Shown one piece after another: positions 38,494 to 49,041 of a stretch of DNA of 64,000 bases (within the stretch, counting starts at the first letter, position 1; each line of letters starts with the position of its first letter). A model generated the notes under the pieces. That model saw nothing but the letters and a program-made list of their open reading frames with translations, ran no database searches and was not told where the DNA came from. The stretch comes from an uncultured Verrucomicrobiae bacterium (GTDB lineage Bacteria; Verrucomicrobiota; Verrucomicrobiia; Chthoniobacterales; JAFAMB01). The stretch lies in the NCBI GenBank assembly GCA_963782115.1, contig CAWAIK010000001.1, positions 160,001-224,000 of the forward strand, given 5' to 3'. The translations under genes and the position numbers were made by a program.

Positions 38494-39413
38494 CGCGGCG
38501 ATTCACCCTGCAAGAGAGCCCTGATGTCAGACCAATGAAACGGCACGAACCGACCCCCTCGCAAAACCGTCGGCCAGACTCGATGACTCGCCTGATGTTC
38601 CGTCCTACTTAAGTAAAGCGGTTCCCCGAGGCCGATATCAAATTGACCCAACCCTTCCAGCACGTCGACGACCGCGTCGCGCGTTGGTAGTCCTTGAATT
38701 TTTCCCAGCGCGAGGGTCAGGATCCGGGCGGCAATATATCCCTCGAAATCGCCAAAATCCGCTGAAACCGGCGGATCCATTGCCTTGAGGTCAGCCTGAG
38801 TGAAAAAGGCGATTTCCTCCGGTTTCAGGCCAGCGATGTTGATGAGCGCGTCGAACATTACTCCAGTCTCCTCGACGTAGCTTGCGCGGAAATTAATGAC
38901 GTAGCGGTCCGGCGGATCATTGCGCAAGACCGGACCACCAGAGAACGCCGCGAAAAGCAGCGTCTTTTGTTCGTTGGCTAACGGAACGGCGACGATTGCA
39001 TTAGGGGTGCCGACGTCGCCAATGATGGCTAGAACATTCTCCTTTTCAATCAACTGCCGAATGTTGGGTGCCGTGCGAGCTGGTTCGTACCCGTCATCGA
39101 GTGGGACAAGCCGCAGCTTGCGACCGTTCACGCCTCCGTTAAGGTTTGCGCGTTCCAAAGCGACCAGGATACCCCGCTGCATGTGTTTGCCCAGGTCTTT
39201 GGCGCTGCCGGTGAACGCGGCAGACATTCCGAGGACAATTTCGGTTGAAGAATCACCCGCAGCGGCCTGTGCCCCGCGGCTCCAGAGCGTGAGGAAAAGG
39301 AACAAAATTGTCAGCGCACTCGTAAAGAAGGGTGACCAACTCACACTTTTCCAAGGCCCGCGCGCAGGGCCCGGAATCAGGGCTAGAGGAGGAGGAAAGG
39401 AGAGTTTTTGCAC
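38490..39413 (-). CDS. Branched-chain amino acid-type periplasmic binding protein; appears internally deleted (possible pseudogene)
   Basis: GGVNGRKL..LDDGYEP, GDVGTP, NFRASY..E; jumps from IAFFTQ to the C-terminal EGYIAA region; stop overlaps the kinase ATG. Confidence 0.75.
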   Translation of the reverse strand: MQKLSFPPPLALIPGPARGPWKSVSWSPFFTSALTILFLFLTLWSRGAQAAAGDSSTEIVLGMSAAFTGSAKDLGKHMQRGILVALERANLNGGVNGRKLRLVPLDDGYEPARTAPNIRQLIEKENVLAIIGDVGTPNAIVAVPLANEQKTLLFAAFSGGPVLRNDPPDRYVINFRASYVEETGVMFDALINIAGLKPEEIAFFTQADLKAMDPPVSADFGDFEGYIAARILTLALGKIQGLPTRDAVVDVLEGLGQFDIGLGEPLYLSRTEHQASHRVWPTVLRGGRFVPFHWSDIRALLQGESPR

Positions 39414-39921
39414 CGTAAGAGTTCCGTCGGATGTATATAATTACCATATTTTACAGCAAATTCCATTGTCTCTGGATTTTAATCCTGGTCCGATCGAATA
39501 CAGGTTCGCAAACCCGCAGGCATTGGAGACCCGCACCCGGGGCCAGCGAGGATTAATCTTTGCTCGATGAAGCTCGTGACGCGATCGCAGTTTTGCGAAA
39601 GCAGTGGATGAGTCATAAATTTGATTAGCAACCATATATGTCGTATCTACAATAATGTGCGATGAAGAGATGCCTGTCAGCGCGGCCCCTAGACTGTTCT
39701 CGATGCCAATCCTCGAATACGGGGCCGATCAGAAACAAGGCATGCGCCAGTCTCGCCGAGATCGGACAGGCTGCCATTGAAAAGGCGGAAGGGGTGATAC
39801 CATGAACAGACCTTCATTGACGCTAAGACGGCATCGGGAAGAACTTTTGGCAAAAGTGTATCGAGCCATGCGTCAGTTAACGACGGGGCCGACGACTCCC
39901 GACCGGACAAGGTAAAGAGAG

Positions 39922-41799
39922 ATGAACATCAATCCTCTCAAAAACCACCGCATCCTGGTAATTGATGATACCCGGGCTATTCATAACGACTTTCGTAAAA
40001 TACTAACAATTTCGTCCGACCTCTCAAGTGATTTGGCTGAAGATGAAGTGGCTCTATTCGGAGATACGATGGTCAAATTGACATTGCCAATATTTGAGAT
40101 TGATTCCGCATACCAGGGACAGGAAGGCCTGGATCTGATTGAAAAAAGCCTCCGGGAAGGGCGACCCTATTCCTTGGCCTTTGTCGATGTCCGCATGCCG
40201 CCGGGCTGGGACGGAGTCGAGACGACGTTCAAAATTTGGGAAAAGTATCCCGATCTACAAGTTGTCATATGCACAGCATATTCTGACTATACCTGGGAAG
40301 AGATGTTGAAAACACTGGGATATTCGGATCGGATGGTGATTCTGAAAAAGCCATTTGACAATATCGAGGTATTGCAATTGGCCATTGCGATGACTGAGAA
40401 ATGGCGACTTTACCAACGGGCCAAGGTTCACCTGGATGATCTCGAACGAATTGTTCAAGAGCGCACTCTTGAACTGAATGCTGCTAACAACGACCTGACC
40501 TCGGCTAATTTGCTATTGATTGCGAGCACGGAAAAAGCGCAGCGAATGGCGGCCGCGGCGCTGGCGGCCAGTGATGCTAAAAGCGGGTTTCTGGCCAACA
40601 TGAGCCACGAGATCCGAACTCCCATGAACGGTGTTATTGGGATGATTGATTCGTTGCTAGGTACGGAGTTAACGGACGGGCAGCGGCAGTCTGCCCGGAC
40701 CATCCAAAGTAGCGCCTATGCTCTTCTATTGATTCTCAATGACATTCTCGATTTTTCAAAAATCGAGGCGGGCAAAATGACGTTTGAAAAGATCGATTTT
40801 GATTTGCGCGAAGTCATTAAGAACACCGTCGATCTCATGGCCACAGTGGCGCACGGTAAAGGATTGAAGCTTGGTTATGGTATCAGAGAAGGCACCGCCA
40901 CCGATCTGGTGGGTGATCCTACACGTCTTCGGCAAGTCCTGCTTAACTTACTGAATAATGCTATTAAATTCTCGGAACAAGGCAAAGTGTTCCTGGAAAT
41001 TGTCCAGATCAGTGAAATTGAGGAGGAAGTCGAATTGTCGTTTTTTGTTCATGACACCGGCATCGGAATCTCGGAAGAAGATCAGAGAAAGTTGTTTAAA
41101 ACCTTTACCCAAACTGATACCTCGACCACGCGGAAATATGGGGGGACGGGTCTGGGATTAGCCATATGCCGTAAGCTTGTGGAGTTGATGGGAGGCACTA
41201 TAGAAGCCACGAGCAACTTGGGAAAAGGCTCAAGTTTTAGCTTCACCCTGCAATTTACGAAACGGATATTCAACGGTCCATTGACTCATCTGCCGATGGC
41301 CGCCTCCGGACGTTCTCATGATGCCAAAATTGCCGCATCTCCTGTCGGGCTAAATGGCAACCGCATCCTTTTAGCTGAAGATGGCAAGACCAATCAAATG
41401 GTCGCGGTACGAGTGCTGGAGAGACTTGGCTACACGGTAGATATTGCTCCCAATGGAATCGAAGCAGTGGAGGCCTGGCGGCAGAATAAATATGACATCA
41501 TTCTAATGGATTGCAATATGCCGGAAATGGATGGATGTGAGGCCACCCGAAGAATCCGTGAACTGGAAGCAGAACAAAATCTCCGACCCACTCAAATCAT
41601 CGCCATGACAGGGAGGACGATGCAGGAAGACCGCGAGTTATGCCTGGCAGCGGGCATGAATTATTATACTACGAAACCTATCGATCAGGGCGCGTTGCAC
41701 GCCGCGTTGACAAAGGCAAAAAGCCATGTGGAGCAGAGAAAAGAAAAAAACCAATCGGATCACCCGAGTGCCGCATCTCAACCTTTTTTCAACGCCTAA
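39922..41799 (+). CDS. Cytoplasmic hybrid kinase REC-HisKA-HATPase-REC
   Basis: [42 protein letters not shown]. Confidence 0.93.
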   Translation: MNINPLKNHRILVIDDTRAIHNDFRKILTISSDLSSDLAEDEVALFGDTMVKLTLPIFEIDSAYQGQEGLDLIEKSLREGRPYSLAFVDVRMPPGWDGVETTFKIWEKYPDLQVVICTAYSDYTWEEMLKTLGYSDRMVILKKPFDNIEVLQLAIAMTEKWRLYQRAKVHLDDLERIVQERTLELNAANNDLTSANLLLIASTEKAQRMAAAALAASDAKSGFLANMSHEIRTPMNGVIGMIDSLLGTELTDGQRQSARTIQSSAYALLLILNDILDFSKIEAGKMTFEKIDFDLREVIKNTVDLMATVAHGKGLKLGYGIREGTATDLVGDPTRLRQVLLNLLNNAIKFSEQGKVFLEIVQISEIEEEVELSFFVHDTGIGISEEDQRKLFKTFTQTDTSTTRKYGGTGLGLAICRKLVELMGGTIEATSNLGKGSSFSFTLQFTKRIFNGPLTHLPMAASGRSHDAKIAASPVGLNGNRILLAEDGKTNQMVAVRVLERLGYTVDIAPNGIEAVEAWRQNKYDIILMDCNMPEMDGCEATRRIRELEAEQNLRPTQIIAMTGRTMQEDRELCLAAGMNYYTTKPIDQGALHAALTKAKSHVEQRKEKNQSDHPSAASQPFFNA

Positions 41800-41859
41800 G
41801 CTCGGGGTTTTCAGCCATTCGAGCTGTGACCCTATGGAGTGAAGACGAGAGTCGCCTTC

Positions 41860-42165
41860 ATCACGAAGGTATTATACTCGCGTGTTGCCAGGTTTTGCCG
41901 AGGTTGTCGGAGTAAACAAACCTCGAGTAATTGCAATCCTATACGCCGCCCACCTTGCTGAAACCATGGACGGACATGTAATGGAGATAAATCCGATCTC
42001 CGACGCTGACCATCGCTGTCGGGATTCTCGTCTGTTCGCCATCCTCTGCCGTGAAGGCCGGTTGATGGGCGCCCTCGACAATGGCGATTGCCGTCGTATC
42101 CAAAGGTGTCCCCGAAGGCAAAGAAGATTCTATTACCGATCTCAGTCATCATACCAAGGTCAACT
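41860..42165 (-). pseudogene. DUF4185-like (beta-propeller glycosidase) remnant
   Basis: VDLG..FAFGDTFG, then in another frame EQTRIPT..IYLHYMSV..GV*DCNYSRFVYSDNLGKTW (a stop where W is expected). Confidence 0.65.
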
Positions 42166-42508
42166 CTTCCATGCTCATCCGCATATTTTCCTGTTCGGGA
42201 TTTACTGGGTCTTTGGCATTGATCGGGGGCTTAGATGTGGCTCCGGGCGTAGGCCGTTTCTATCGAAAGGATTGTCTTTGTGACCTTTGTGATCTTCTGT
42301 GCAAATGATTTTTCTTCGTCCCCCCGGCACTAAGACAGAAAAAAAGCAAAAGTCATTTTTGAACAGAAGATCGCAAAGATCACAAAGAGTCACTGTCTTT
42401 AAGAGCCATCGGAGGCACGTGGGCCTGCATTGTCTAAATCTCGATCAGCAACGAATGAAACGCCCTTAATCCCCACTCGTCCTCTTGTTCTGAAATCGTA
42501 ATCGTCGT
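42162..42508. repeat. ~347-bp dispersed repeat, copy 2
   Basis: Near-identical to 16414..16754. Confidence 0.93.
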
Positions 42509-42656
42509 CGTTCTCGACTTCTACGGACGGGGGAAACGCCCGACTTTTTAGCATTGTCTTGGCGGGCGCGAACGATTAGGCTCGCCCGCGTTGTAGCCGT
42601 TTCTTCACCCCTAAAAGAAAATCCTGATCCTCGTTCACTGAACGGGGGAGCAATCC

Positions 42657-43760
42657 ATGAAAACGCTTCTGCTAACCGCCGTTGTGCCTCTTTTACTCCT
42701 CACCCAACCAGTGAGTATCACCCGGGCCGCAGACACCTACGAGCCTGACTGTTTCAAACCGTATGCCCCCGACACCAAGACGCTCCAGTATCCGGCGAAA
42801 AAACCTCCCTATCGAGTCGCTTTGGCGAATGGATTCGTCGGGAATACCTGGCGCATTGAGATGATTAAATGTCTCCAGGCCTACGCTGAAGACCCGGAGA
42901 TCAAGCCTTTCATCAAGGAACTAAAGATTGTCAGCACGGGAACTGATGTCGCTGCCCAAATCGGGGCGATCGATAATTTCATCAACGCTGGCTATGATGT
43001 CATCCTGATCAACGCGGTCAGCTCGACGGCTTTCAAACCGATTATCGAACGGGCCAAGCGAGCAGGCGTCTTGCTAATTTCCTACGATAATACGATAGAC
43101 AGCGACCAGGTCATCGCGGTGAACGAAGATCAGCACGAGATCGGACGCCTGATGGCGCAGTGGCTCTTAAAAGAAATGGGAACGAAGGGCAACGTTATCG
43201 AGGTACGGGGCGTAGCCGGTAATCCGGTGGATCTGGACCGACACAAGGGTTTGCACGAGTTGTTGGATAAAGAGAAAGACATCAAGGTAGTGGAGGTGGT
43301 CGGGAACTGGGATGATGGTACGGCGCAAAAGGCGGTGGCAGATGCGATTGCGGTCCACGGGAAGTTTGACGGCATGTCTTGCCAGGGTGGTACCACCGGA
43401 GCGGTGCGCGCACTGATCGACGCTAAAAATCCTTTCATTCCAGTCGCGGGCGAAGCGGAAAACGGATTCCGCAAATTGATTGCCGAGCACGCGAAGGATG
43501 GCCTGAAAGGCTGGTCATACGGCCAATCTCCCGCGTTAGTAGCCATTTCATTAAAAGCTGCGATCGCCGCCCTGCAAGGCAACAAGTTGCCACAATATAT
43601 CTCGGCACCGATTCCTTATGTCGACTACACCAATATGAAGCCGGGTGTGGACTATTTCCCAAACCTCTCAGATGACTTTTTCGTCGCCAGCGGCTTCCCG
43701 CAGTGCAACATCACGCTGGATGCCGGTAAGCTCATGAACGCGGCCAAGACAAGCGATTGA
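42657..43760 (+). CDS. Sugar ABC transporter substrate-binding protein (RbsB-like)
   Basis: GGGAG RBS, signal peptide, GNTWR, QIGAIDNFI, RGVAG..D..R. Confidence 0.9.
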   Translation: MKTLLLTAVVPLLLLTQPVSITRAADTYEPDCFKPYAPDTKTLQYPAKKPPYRVALANGFVGNTWRIEMIKCLQAYAEDPEIKPFIKELKIVSTGTDVAAQIGAIDNFINAGYDVILINAVSSTAFKPIIERAKRAGVLLISYDNTIDSDQVIAVNEDQHEIGRLMAQWLLKEMGTKGNVIEVRGVAGNPVDLDRHKGLHELLDKEKDIKVVEVVGNWDDGTAQKAVADAIAVHGKFDGMSCQGGTTGAVRALIDAKNPFIPVAGEAENGFRKLIAEHAKDGLKGWSYGQSPALVAISLKAAIAALQGNKLPQYISAPIPYVDYTNMKPGVDYFPNLSDDFFVASGFPQCNITLDAGKLMNAAKTSD

Positions 43761-43818
43761 TCCCCTGATTTTGGGAACAAGCTCCCGATAGCCTGAGTCG
43801 CCACAACCTTCCTGATTG

Positions 43819-46416
43819 ATGTCTGACCCGATACCTCATCCCTTCCTTACATTAGAAGGGGTCACCAAACGGTACGGTGGCGTCACGGCACTCGCGAACG
43901 TTGATTTTGCCTGCGCGCTGGGCACCATTCACGCGGTGGTTGGCGAAAATGGCGCCGGTAAAAGCTCGTTGATGAAGGTTATAGCTGGGGTAATCCGGCC
44001 GGACGAGGGCCGGATCTACCTGGACGAGAAGCTGGTTCATTTCGCTTCACCAGCAGACGCTACCCGGCATGGGATTGCCTGTATTTTTCAGGAGCTTTCG
44101 CTGCTGCCTGATCTCTCGGTCTCGGACAATATCTCAATCGCCAGTCCGCCGAGGCGTTTCGGGTTAATAGATCGACGCCGACAGCGGGAACGCGCCAGGG
44201 ATATTTTGCGCGAGATCGGTTGTCCGGACATCCATCCGTCGGAACGGGTCAAGGATCTCCCTTTGTCGCGTCAACAAATGGTGGAGATTGCCAAGGCATT
44301 GGTTCGGCAACCTCGTCTCATGATCATGGATGAGGCCACGTCCGCCCTGACGGCGAAGGATGTGGAACAGCTCTACAAGGTCATCCGTCAACTCAGAGAT
44401 CGAGGACTCGCGATTCTTTACATCTCCCATCGGATGCACGAGATCGCCGCGGTGGCGGATATTTGTTCGGTCTTCAGGAACGGACGCCACATCGATACCT
44501 TTCCGATGGCGGCCCGAAGCGCGGCCGAAATCGTGCCTCTGATGATCGGCCGCGATGTGAGCCGAGCCTATCCGCCAAAACCGACTTCGAATGGAACTGC
44601 CGGCAGGATTCCCGGAAAGATCCATGTCGAGTCGCCTTCACCGGTCTCCTCTCTCGAGGTGGTAAACCTTAGTTGGGAAAATGTTCTCAATGGGATCTCG
44701 CTCACCGTGGCGAAAGGCGAGATCGTCGGGTTGGGCGGTCTGGACGGTCAAGGACAAAGCGAATTGCTGCTCGCGCTCTTTGGGGTACTTCGCGGGGTCG
44801 GCGGCAAAGTTTTGATCAATGGTCTGCAGCCGTCAATCGGTCACCCCCGGCAGGCCAAAGCGTCTAACGTCCGTATGGCTTTGATTCCCGAAGATCGCAA
44901 AACTCAAGGGCTACTTCTGCCCATGTCGATCCGTGACAATCTGGTCCTTGCGGCGGCGTCCGATTTGAGCAACCACGGAGTGATCGATTCAACGAAGGAA
45001 CGGACCGCGATCGACGTGGCAGTCGAAAAGCTGCAAATCAAAGTGAATGACCTCGCTGCGCCGGTGCGCACCCTGTCTGGAGGGAACCAGCAGAAGGTCG
45101 TGATCGGGAAGTGGCTGATGAAAGAGCCGCGGATCCTGCTTTTGAACGATCCGACGCGTGGCATCGACGTCGGAACAAAACAGGAAATGTATCGCCTGAT
45201 GCGCGAACTTGCCCAGGCGGGAATAGCGATCTTGTTCTATTCGACAGATTACGAGGAGCTCATCGGAATGTGCGACCGGGTCGTGGTTTGTTACGGAGGC
45301 AAACTGATCCGTGAACTGAAGGGCACAGATCTGAACGATCACAATCTCATTACCGCTGCACTCAATCTGAGCGAAGAGTTCGTTAGATCGGGACCGGCGG
45401 GCGCCGCACGTGAAACAGGAAGCGGTCAACAGTCGAAATGGCAAACGTTTCGTCGCTTCTGGCGGTGGAATGTCGGCCCGTTCACCGCCTTCCTGGTGTT
45501 CGCAATGATGTTCCTGCTCTTCTCCGTGAAGCAGCAAAATGGTCTTTCGATCAACGTTCTGACCTCGTTATCGAACAAGGGCGTCGTTCTTGCGCTGGTC
45601 GCAATGGCCCAGACGTTAGTCATTCTGACGGGTGGTTTTGACCTGTCCGCCGGGATGATTCTGACGATGGCGTCCTGCTTAGCCTCGGTAGTGGTCAACG
45701 GTTCCCCCGGTCAGATCGCTTTAGGCGCAATAGCGGTGTTGGTGAGCGGGTTGGCTGCAGGGGCAATCAATGCGACGATCGTTGTCCTCGGCCGGATCCA
45801 GCCGATCATTGCCACGCTGGCGACCGGAGCGATCTATTTCGGGATTGCTCTCTTGCTGCGCCCTAGCCCGGGAGGCGAAGTGAGCGAAGACCTTGGCAAC
45901 GCTCTAACGTACGATCTGGGCGGGATACCCACTACCTTCCTGATCCTGGTCGGCATCCTGGTGTTCGTCTGGTGGCCCTTTCGCAATTCGGTGCTGGGTC
46001 GCAATTGCTATGCAATGGGATCGGCGGAAGGTGCCGCGTACATGTCGGGTTTGGCAATCGGTCGATCCAGATTTGCCGCATACTCTCTGGGAGGATTGTT
46101 GGCGGCTGCCGGTGGTTTGGCACTTTCGCTCATCTCGTTGTCCGGAGAAGCGAGTGCCAGCCAAGGCGGATTCTATACACTGAACTCCATTGCTGCCGTG
46201 GCGATCGGCGGCACATCACTATTTGGCGGCTCGGGAGGGATGATTGGGTCCATTCTCGGTGCTTTCATACTTCGGACAATTAGCGACCTATTATTTGTCT
46301 TCAACGCTCCAGCGCTGTGGCAACCTCTCTTTCAAGGGTTCATTTTGCTGGGCGCAGTCTGTTTGGGCGGATTACGCGTTCTTCGCAGGAAGAATCAGAT
46401 GGACGTCTTTTTATGA
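43819..46416 (+). CDS. Sugar ABC transporter, fused tandem ATPase plus permease
   Basis: GENGAGKSS, LSGGNQQKV, NDPTRG, then in frame GGFDLS, IQPIIATLA, GGTSLFGG. Confidence 0.9.
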   Translation: MSDPIPHPFLTLEGVTKRYGGVTALANVDFACALGTIHAVVGENGAGKSSLMKVIAGVIRPDEGRIYLDEKLVHFASPADATRHGIACIFQELSLLPDLSVSDNISIASPPRRFGLIDRRRQRERARDILREIGCPDIHPSERVKDLPLSRQQMVEIAKALVRQPRLMIMDEATSALTAKDVEQLYKVIRQLRDRGLAILYISHRMHEIAAVADICSVFRNGRHIDTFPMAARSAAEIVPLMIGRDVSRAYPPKPTSNGTAGRIPGKIHVESPSPVSSLEVVNLSWENVLNGISLTVAKGEIVGLGGLDGQGQSELLLALFGVLRGVGGKVLINGLQPSIGHPRQAKASNVRMALIPEDRKTQGLLLPMSIRDNLVLAAASDLSNHGVIDSTKERTAIDVAVEKLQIKVNDLAAPVRTLSGGNQQKVVIGKWLMKEPRILLLNDPTRGIDVGTKQEMYRLMRELAQAGIAILFYSTDYEELIGMCDRVVVCYGGKLIRELKGTDLNDHNLITAALNLSEEFVRSGPAGAARETGSGQQSKWQTFRRFWRWNVGPFTAFLVFAMMFLLFSVKQQNGLSINVLTSLSNKGVVLALVAMAQTLVILTGGFDLSAGMILTMASCLASVVVNGSPGQIALGAIAVLVSGLAAGAINATIVVLGRIQPIIATLATGAIYFGIALLLRPSPGGEVSEDLGNALTYDLGGIPTTFLILVGILVFVWWPFRNSVLGRNCYAMGSAEGAAYMSGLAIGRSRFAAYSLGGLLAAAGGLALSLISLSGEASASQGGFYTLNSIAAVAIGGTSLFGGSGGMIGSILGAFILRTISDLLFVFNAPALWQPLFQGFILLGAVCLGGLRVLRRKNQMDVFL

Positions 46417-47363
46417 AGCGGATTCTCTCCAAAACAAGCCAACCGATCTTCATCGCGAGCGCCTGTATCCTGGTGATCCTGGCCATTGGCGCGGCGATTA
46501 ACCCCAACTTTGTCTCGCCCAATTACCTGCTTCTGCAACTCGAGGTGGCGTCGTTCCTGGGAATCGTGGCCGCCGGAGCGATGTTGGTGATCTTGCTCGG
46601 TCACATTGATCTTTCGATTCCCTGGACGATCACTCTGGGTGGCATGATGTCGACGGCGGTGGCCCACACACCGGAGACCGCGGGCCTCCTGACGTTGCCG
46701 GTCGGACTTGGATGCGGAGTGCTCGTGGGCCTGATCAACGGGTTCGGTGTGGCTTGGTTGCGGGTGCCGTCGATGATTTTTACTTTGGGAATGAACGCTG
46801 TTATTCAGGGCTTGGTCGTGCTTTACACCGGCGGTTCGGCACCGGCAAGTCACGCGACCAAACTGATGTCAACCATGGCCGTGGAGAGGACGTTTGGTAT
46901 TCCTAATTCCTTGTTCGTGTGGGGCGCCGTGTCGTTGCTGATCGCTTTTCTGCTGCGAGCGACGCAATTCGGCCGTTATATCTACGCCGTCGGCAATCGC
47001 GAACGTGCAGCTTTTCTCTCCGGTGTTCCGACGCGTTTGGTGATTGTAGTCTGTTTTGCGGTGAGTGGTCTTACCGCCGCGTTAGGCGGGATCATGCTCA
47101 CGGGGTATTCGACCAAAGCCTACCAGGGAATGGGCGACGCTTATCTGTTGCCATCCATCGCGGCCATCGTTTTGGGCGGAACAAGTGTATTGGGAGGCAG
47201 CGGCCGTTACATGGGAACAGTCGTCGGCGTCCTTCTCATCGTGCTGCTCCAGAGTATGTTGTCAGTGCTCCAAATGCCAGAAGCTGGACGACAGATCATT
47301 TACGGAGGGGTCCTTCTCAGTATGCTCTTATTGTACGGCCGCGGCGCACGTCTTTCGGAATAG
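46413..47363 (+). CDS. Sugar ABC transporter permease
   Basis: ATGA overlap with the upstream stop; GHIDLS, FGRYIYAVG, GGTSVLGGSG. Confidence 0.9.
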   Translation: MKRILSKTSQPIFIASACILVILAIGAAINPNFVSPNYLLLQLEVASFLGIVAAGAMLVILLGHIDLSIPWTITLGGMMSTAVAHTPETAGLLTLPVGLGCGVLVGLINGFGVAWLRVPSMIFTLGMNAVIQGLVVLYTGGSAPASHATKLMSTMAVERTFGIPNSLFVWGAVSLLIAFLLRATQFGRYIYAVGNRERAAFLSGVPTRLVIVVCFAVSGLTAALGGIMLTGYSTKAYQGMGDAYLLPSIAAIVLGGTSVLGGSGRYMGTVVGVLLIVLLQSMLSVLQMPEAGRQIIYGGVLLSMLLLYGRGARLSE

Positions 47364-47443
47364 GTACGCACGTCAGCGTCACTGTTGGTGCGTTTAACTG
47401 GTCAAGTTACCCGCATGCCTCGGCTTCACGGCAAAAAAGCATC

Positions 47444-48085
47444 CTACTTCCCGTCGTGCATACGCGCATGAAGCGCGTCAAAGAGGCGCGAAATGCTCTG
47501 CTTATTGGCAAAATTCATAAGGAAGGGAGGAATACCGCCACCGTCGGTGTAAAGCGTGTAGGTGGCTCTTGTCTGATTGCCAATCGGCTCAAGTAGCCAC
47601 GATCCTTCGTTGGCGGTCACTCGAGTCACACCAGGTCGCGGCGCGGGTCCATCGACATTGGCTAGTTCCCAAGTCGAATGGTAAGTGGTACCGCCATCAG
47701 CGCCCTTTAGTAACTCCTCATGAATTCGAATCGTATAGTCCAGCGATCCAACCAACGGCGGGTTCAGCACCATGTAGCAGAGTTGAGCGTTCTGCGGCAG
47801 CAGATGCGATTCTTTGGTGTAGGGCATGAATTCCGAATATTTTGCGACATCAGCTAAAATTCCTTTAAGGACCGAAATCGGCGCATTGAACTCCCCAATT
47901 CCGCGGACCTCCTCGATCGGTGAGTCCGCTCGATGACGGATATAAATGGCGAGATTGCTATTTTTGCTGACTTCCTGCCATCCGGTTCCGTGCAGATTGC
48001 CGACAACCAGGAGGCTCAAAAGGACGCTGGAGATGAGCGATCGATCGACTAGCGCCAGCACATTTAACCGTCCAAATAATTTCAT
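47444..48085 (-). CDS. START/SRPBCC domain protein, exported
   Basis: Signal-like N-terminus; EGSWLLEP..TRATY..TDGGGIP pattern. Confidence 0.75.
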   Translation of the reverse strand: MKLFGRLNVLALVDRSLISSVLLSLLVVGNLHGTGWQEVSKNSNLAIYIRHRADSPIEEVRGIGEFNAPISVLKGILADVAKYSEFMPYTKESHLLPQNAQLCYMVLNPPLVGSLDYTIRIHEELLKGADGGTTYHSTWELANVDGPAPRPGVTRVTANEGSWLLEPIGNQTRATYTLYTDGGGIPPFLMNFANKQSISRLFDALHARMHDGK

Positions 48086-48467
48086 AGATAAATTTGGGGC
48101 ACCGGGAACCTAAGGCTTGTCCAGCGTCCCTAAGATTGCCTTTCGGTTATTTACTCTCGTATTGGAGAGCGTACTTAGACCGAAAGCGAATACGCGATTC
48201 TTCTGAAACGAGCGAGTAACGTTCGTCCGTGTCCATTCGCATTTCCCATACTTTTTCAATAAGCGTTACGGTTCGTTTTGAGTATGGCGGAAAAGGTTGA
48301 CTCTCTTTCACTGCGAGCAGTGCCAGAAAAAATACCGCACGCCAAGCGCTTTTCGTGGTGAACGGAGCCCGGCATTGTAATTACTATATTAAAAATAGAT
48401 TTCATGTATATTATAAACACTAGTGTCTAAAACCATCCGGATTGTCTTCAAACTCTGTCTTAAGCTC

Positions 48468-48983
48468 ATGTTGCCAAAACGCCTGCATAATTTTAGCAAG
48501 ATTGTGGCGCTGTCAGCGCTGTCGTCCTGCCTGCCGGTGACGGCACAGGAAAAGGAGGGCTGGCAATACGACTCACTCGGCTCAAAGTCAGATGCAACCA
48601 AGCCCGATGCGCAACGGGTCTACGAAGTCTTGCTGAATATGCTCGATCGCTGGAATGCCCATGATATCGAAGGGCATTTAGACGCTTACTGGAAGTCTCC
48701 GGAACTGTTGGTTGTCATTGATTCTGAGCAGGTTAACGGCTGGCAGGAACTGCATGATTCCTACGTCAGAGGGTATCCGGATCGTAGCGCGATGGGATTC
48801 ATCGAACCCGGCCGCGTCCAAGTGCGGCTGCTGACGCCCGATCTCGCACTCGCCCTCACCTGGTGGACGATCAATTTCCCGAGTTCCCCACAGAAGGTGG
48901 TGGGAAACACCACGATGAACCTCCAAAAGTTTGCCGACGGCTGGAAGATCGTCGCCTCTCACTCCAGTACCAACGAGATGTGA
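48468..48983 (+). CDS. NTF2-like (SnoaL/DUF4440) protein, exported
   Basis: WNAHDIEG....YW and GWKIVASHSS motifs; signal peptide. Confidence 0.8.
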   Translation: MLPKRLHNFSKIVALSALSSCLPVTAQEKEGWQYDSLGSKSDATKPDAQRVYEVLLNMLDRWNAHDIEGHLDAYWKSPELLVVIDSEQVNGWQELHDSYVRGYPDRSAMGFIEPGRVQVRLLTPDLALALTWWTINFPSSPQKVVGNTTMNLQKFADGWKIVASHSSTNEM

Positions 48984-49041
48984 TCCGTCTGCTGCAGACG
49001 GATGATCTCTCGAACGGTAAGCCGCGATTGAGCGGCTATCA

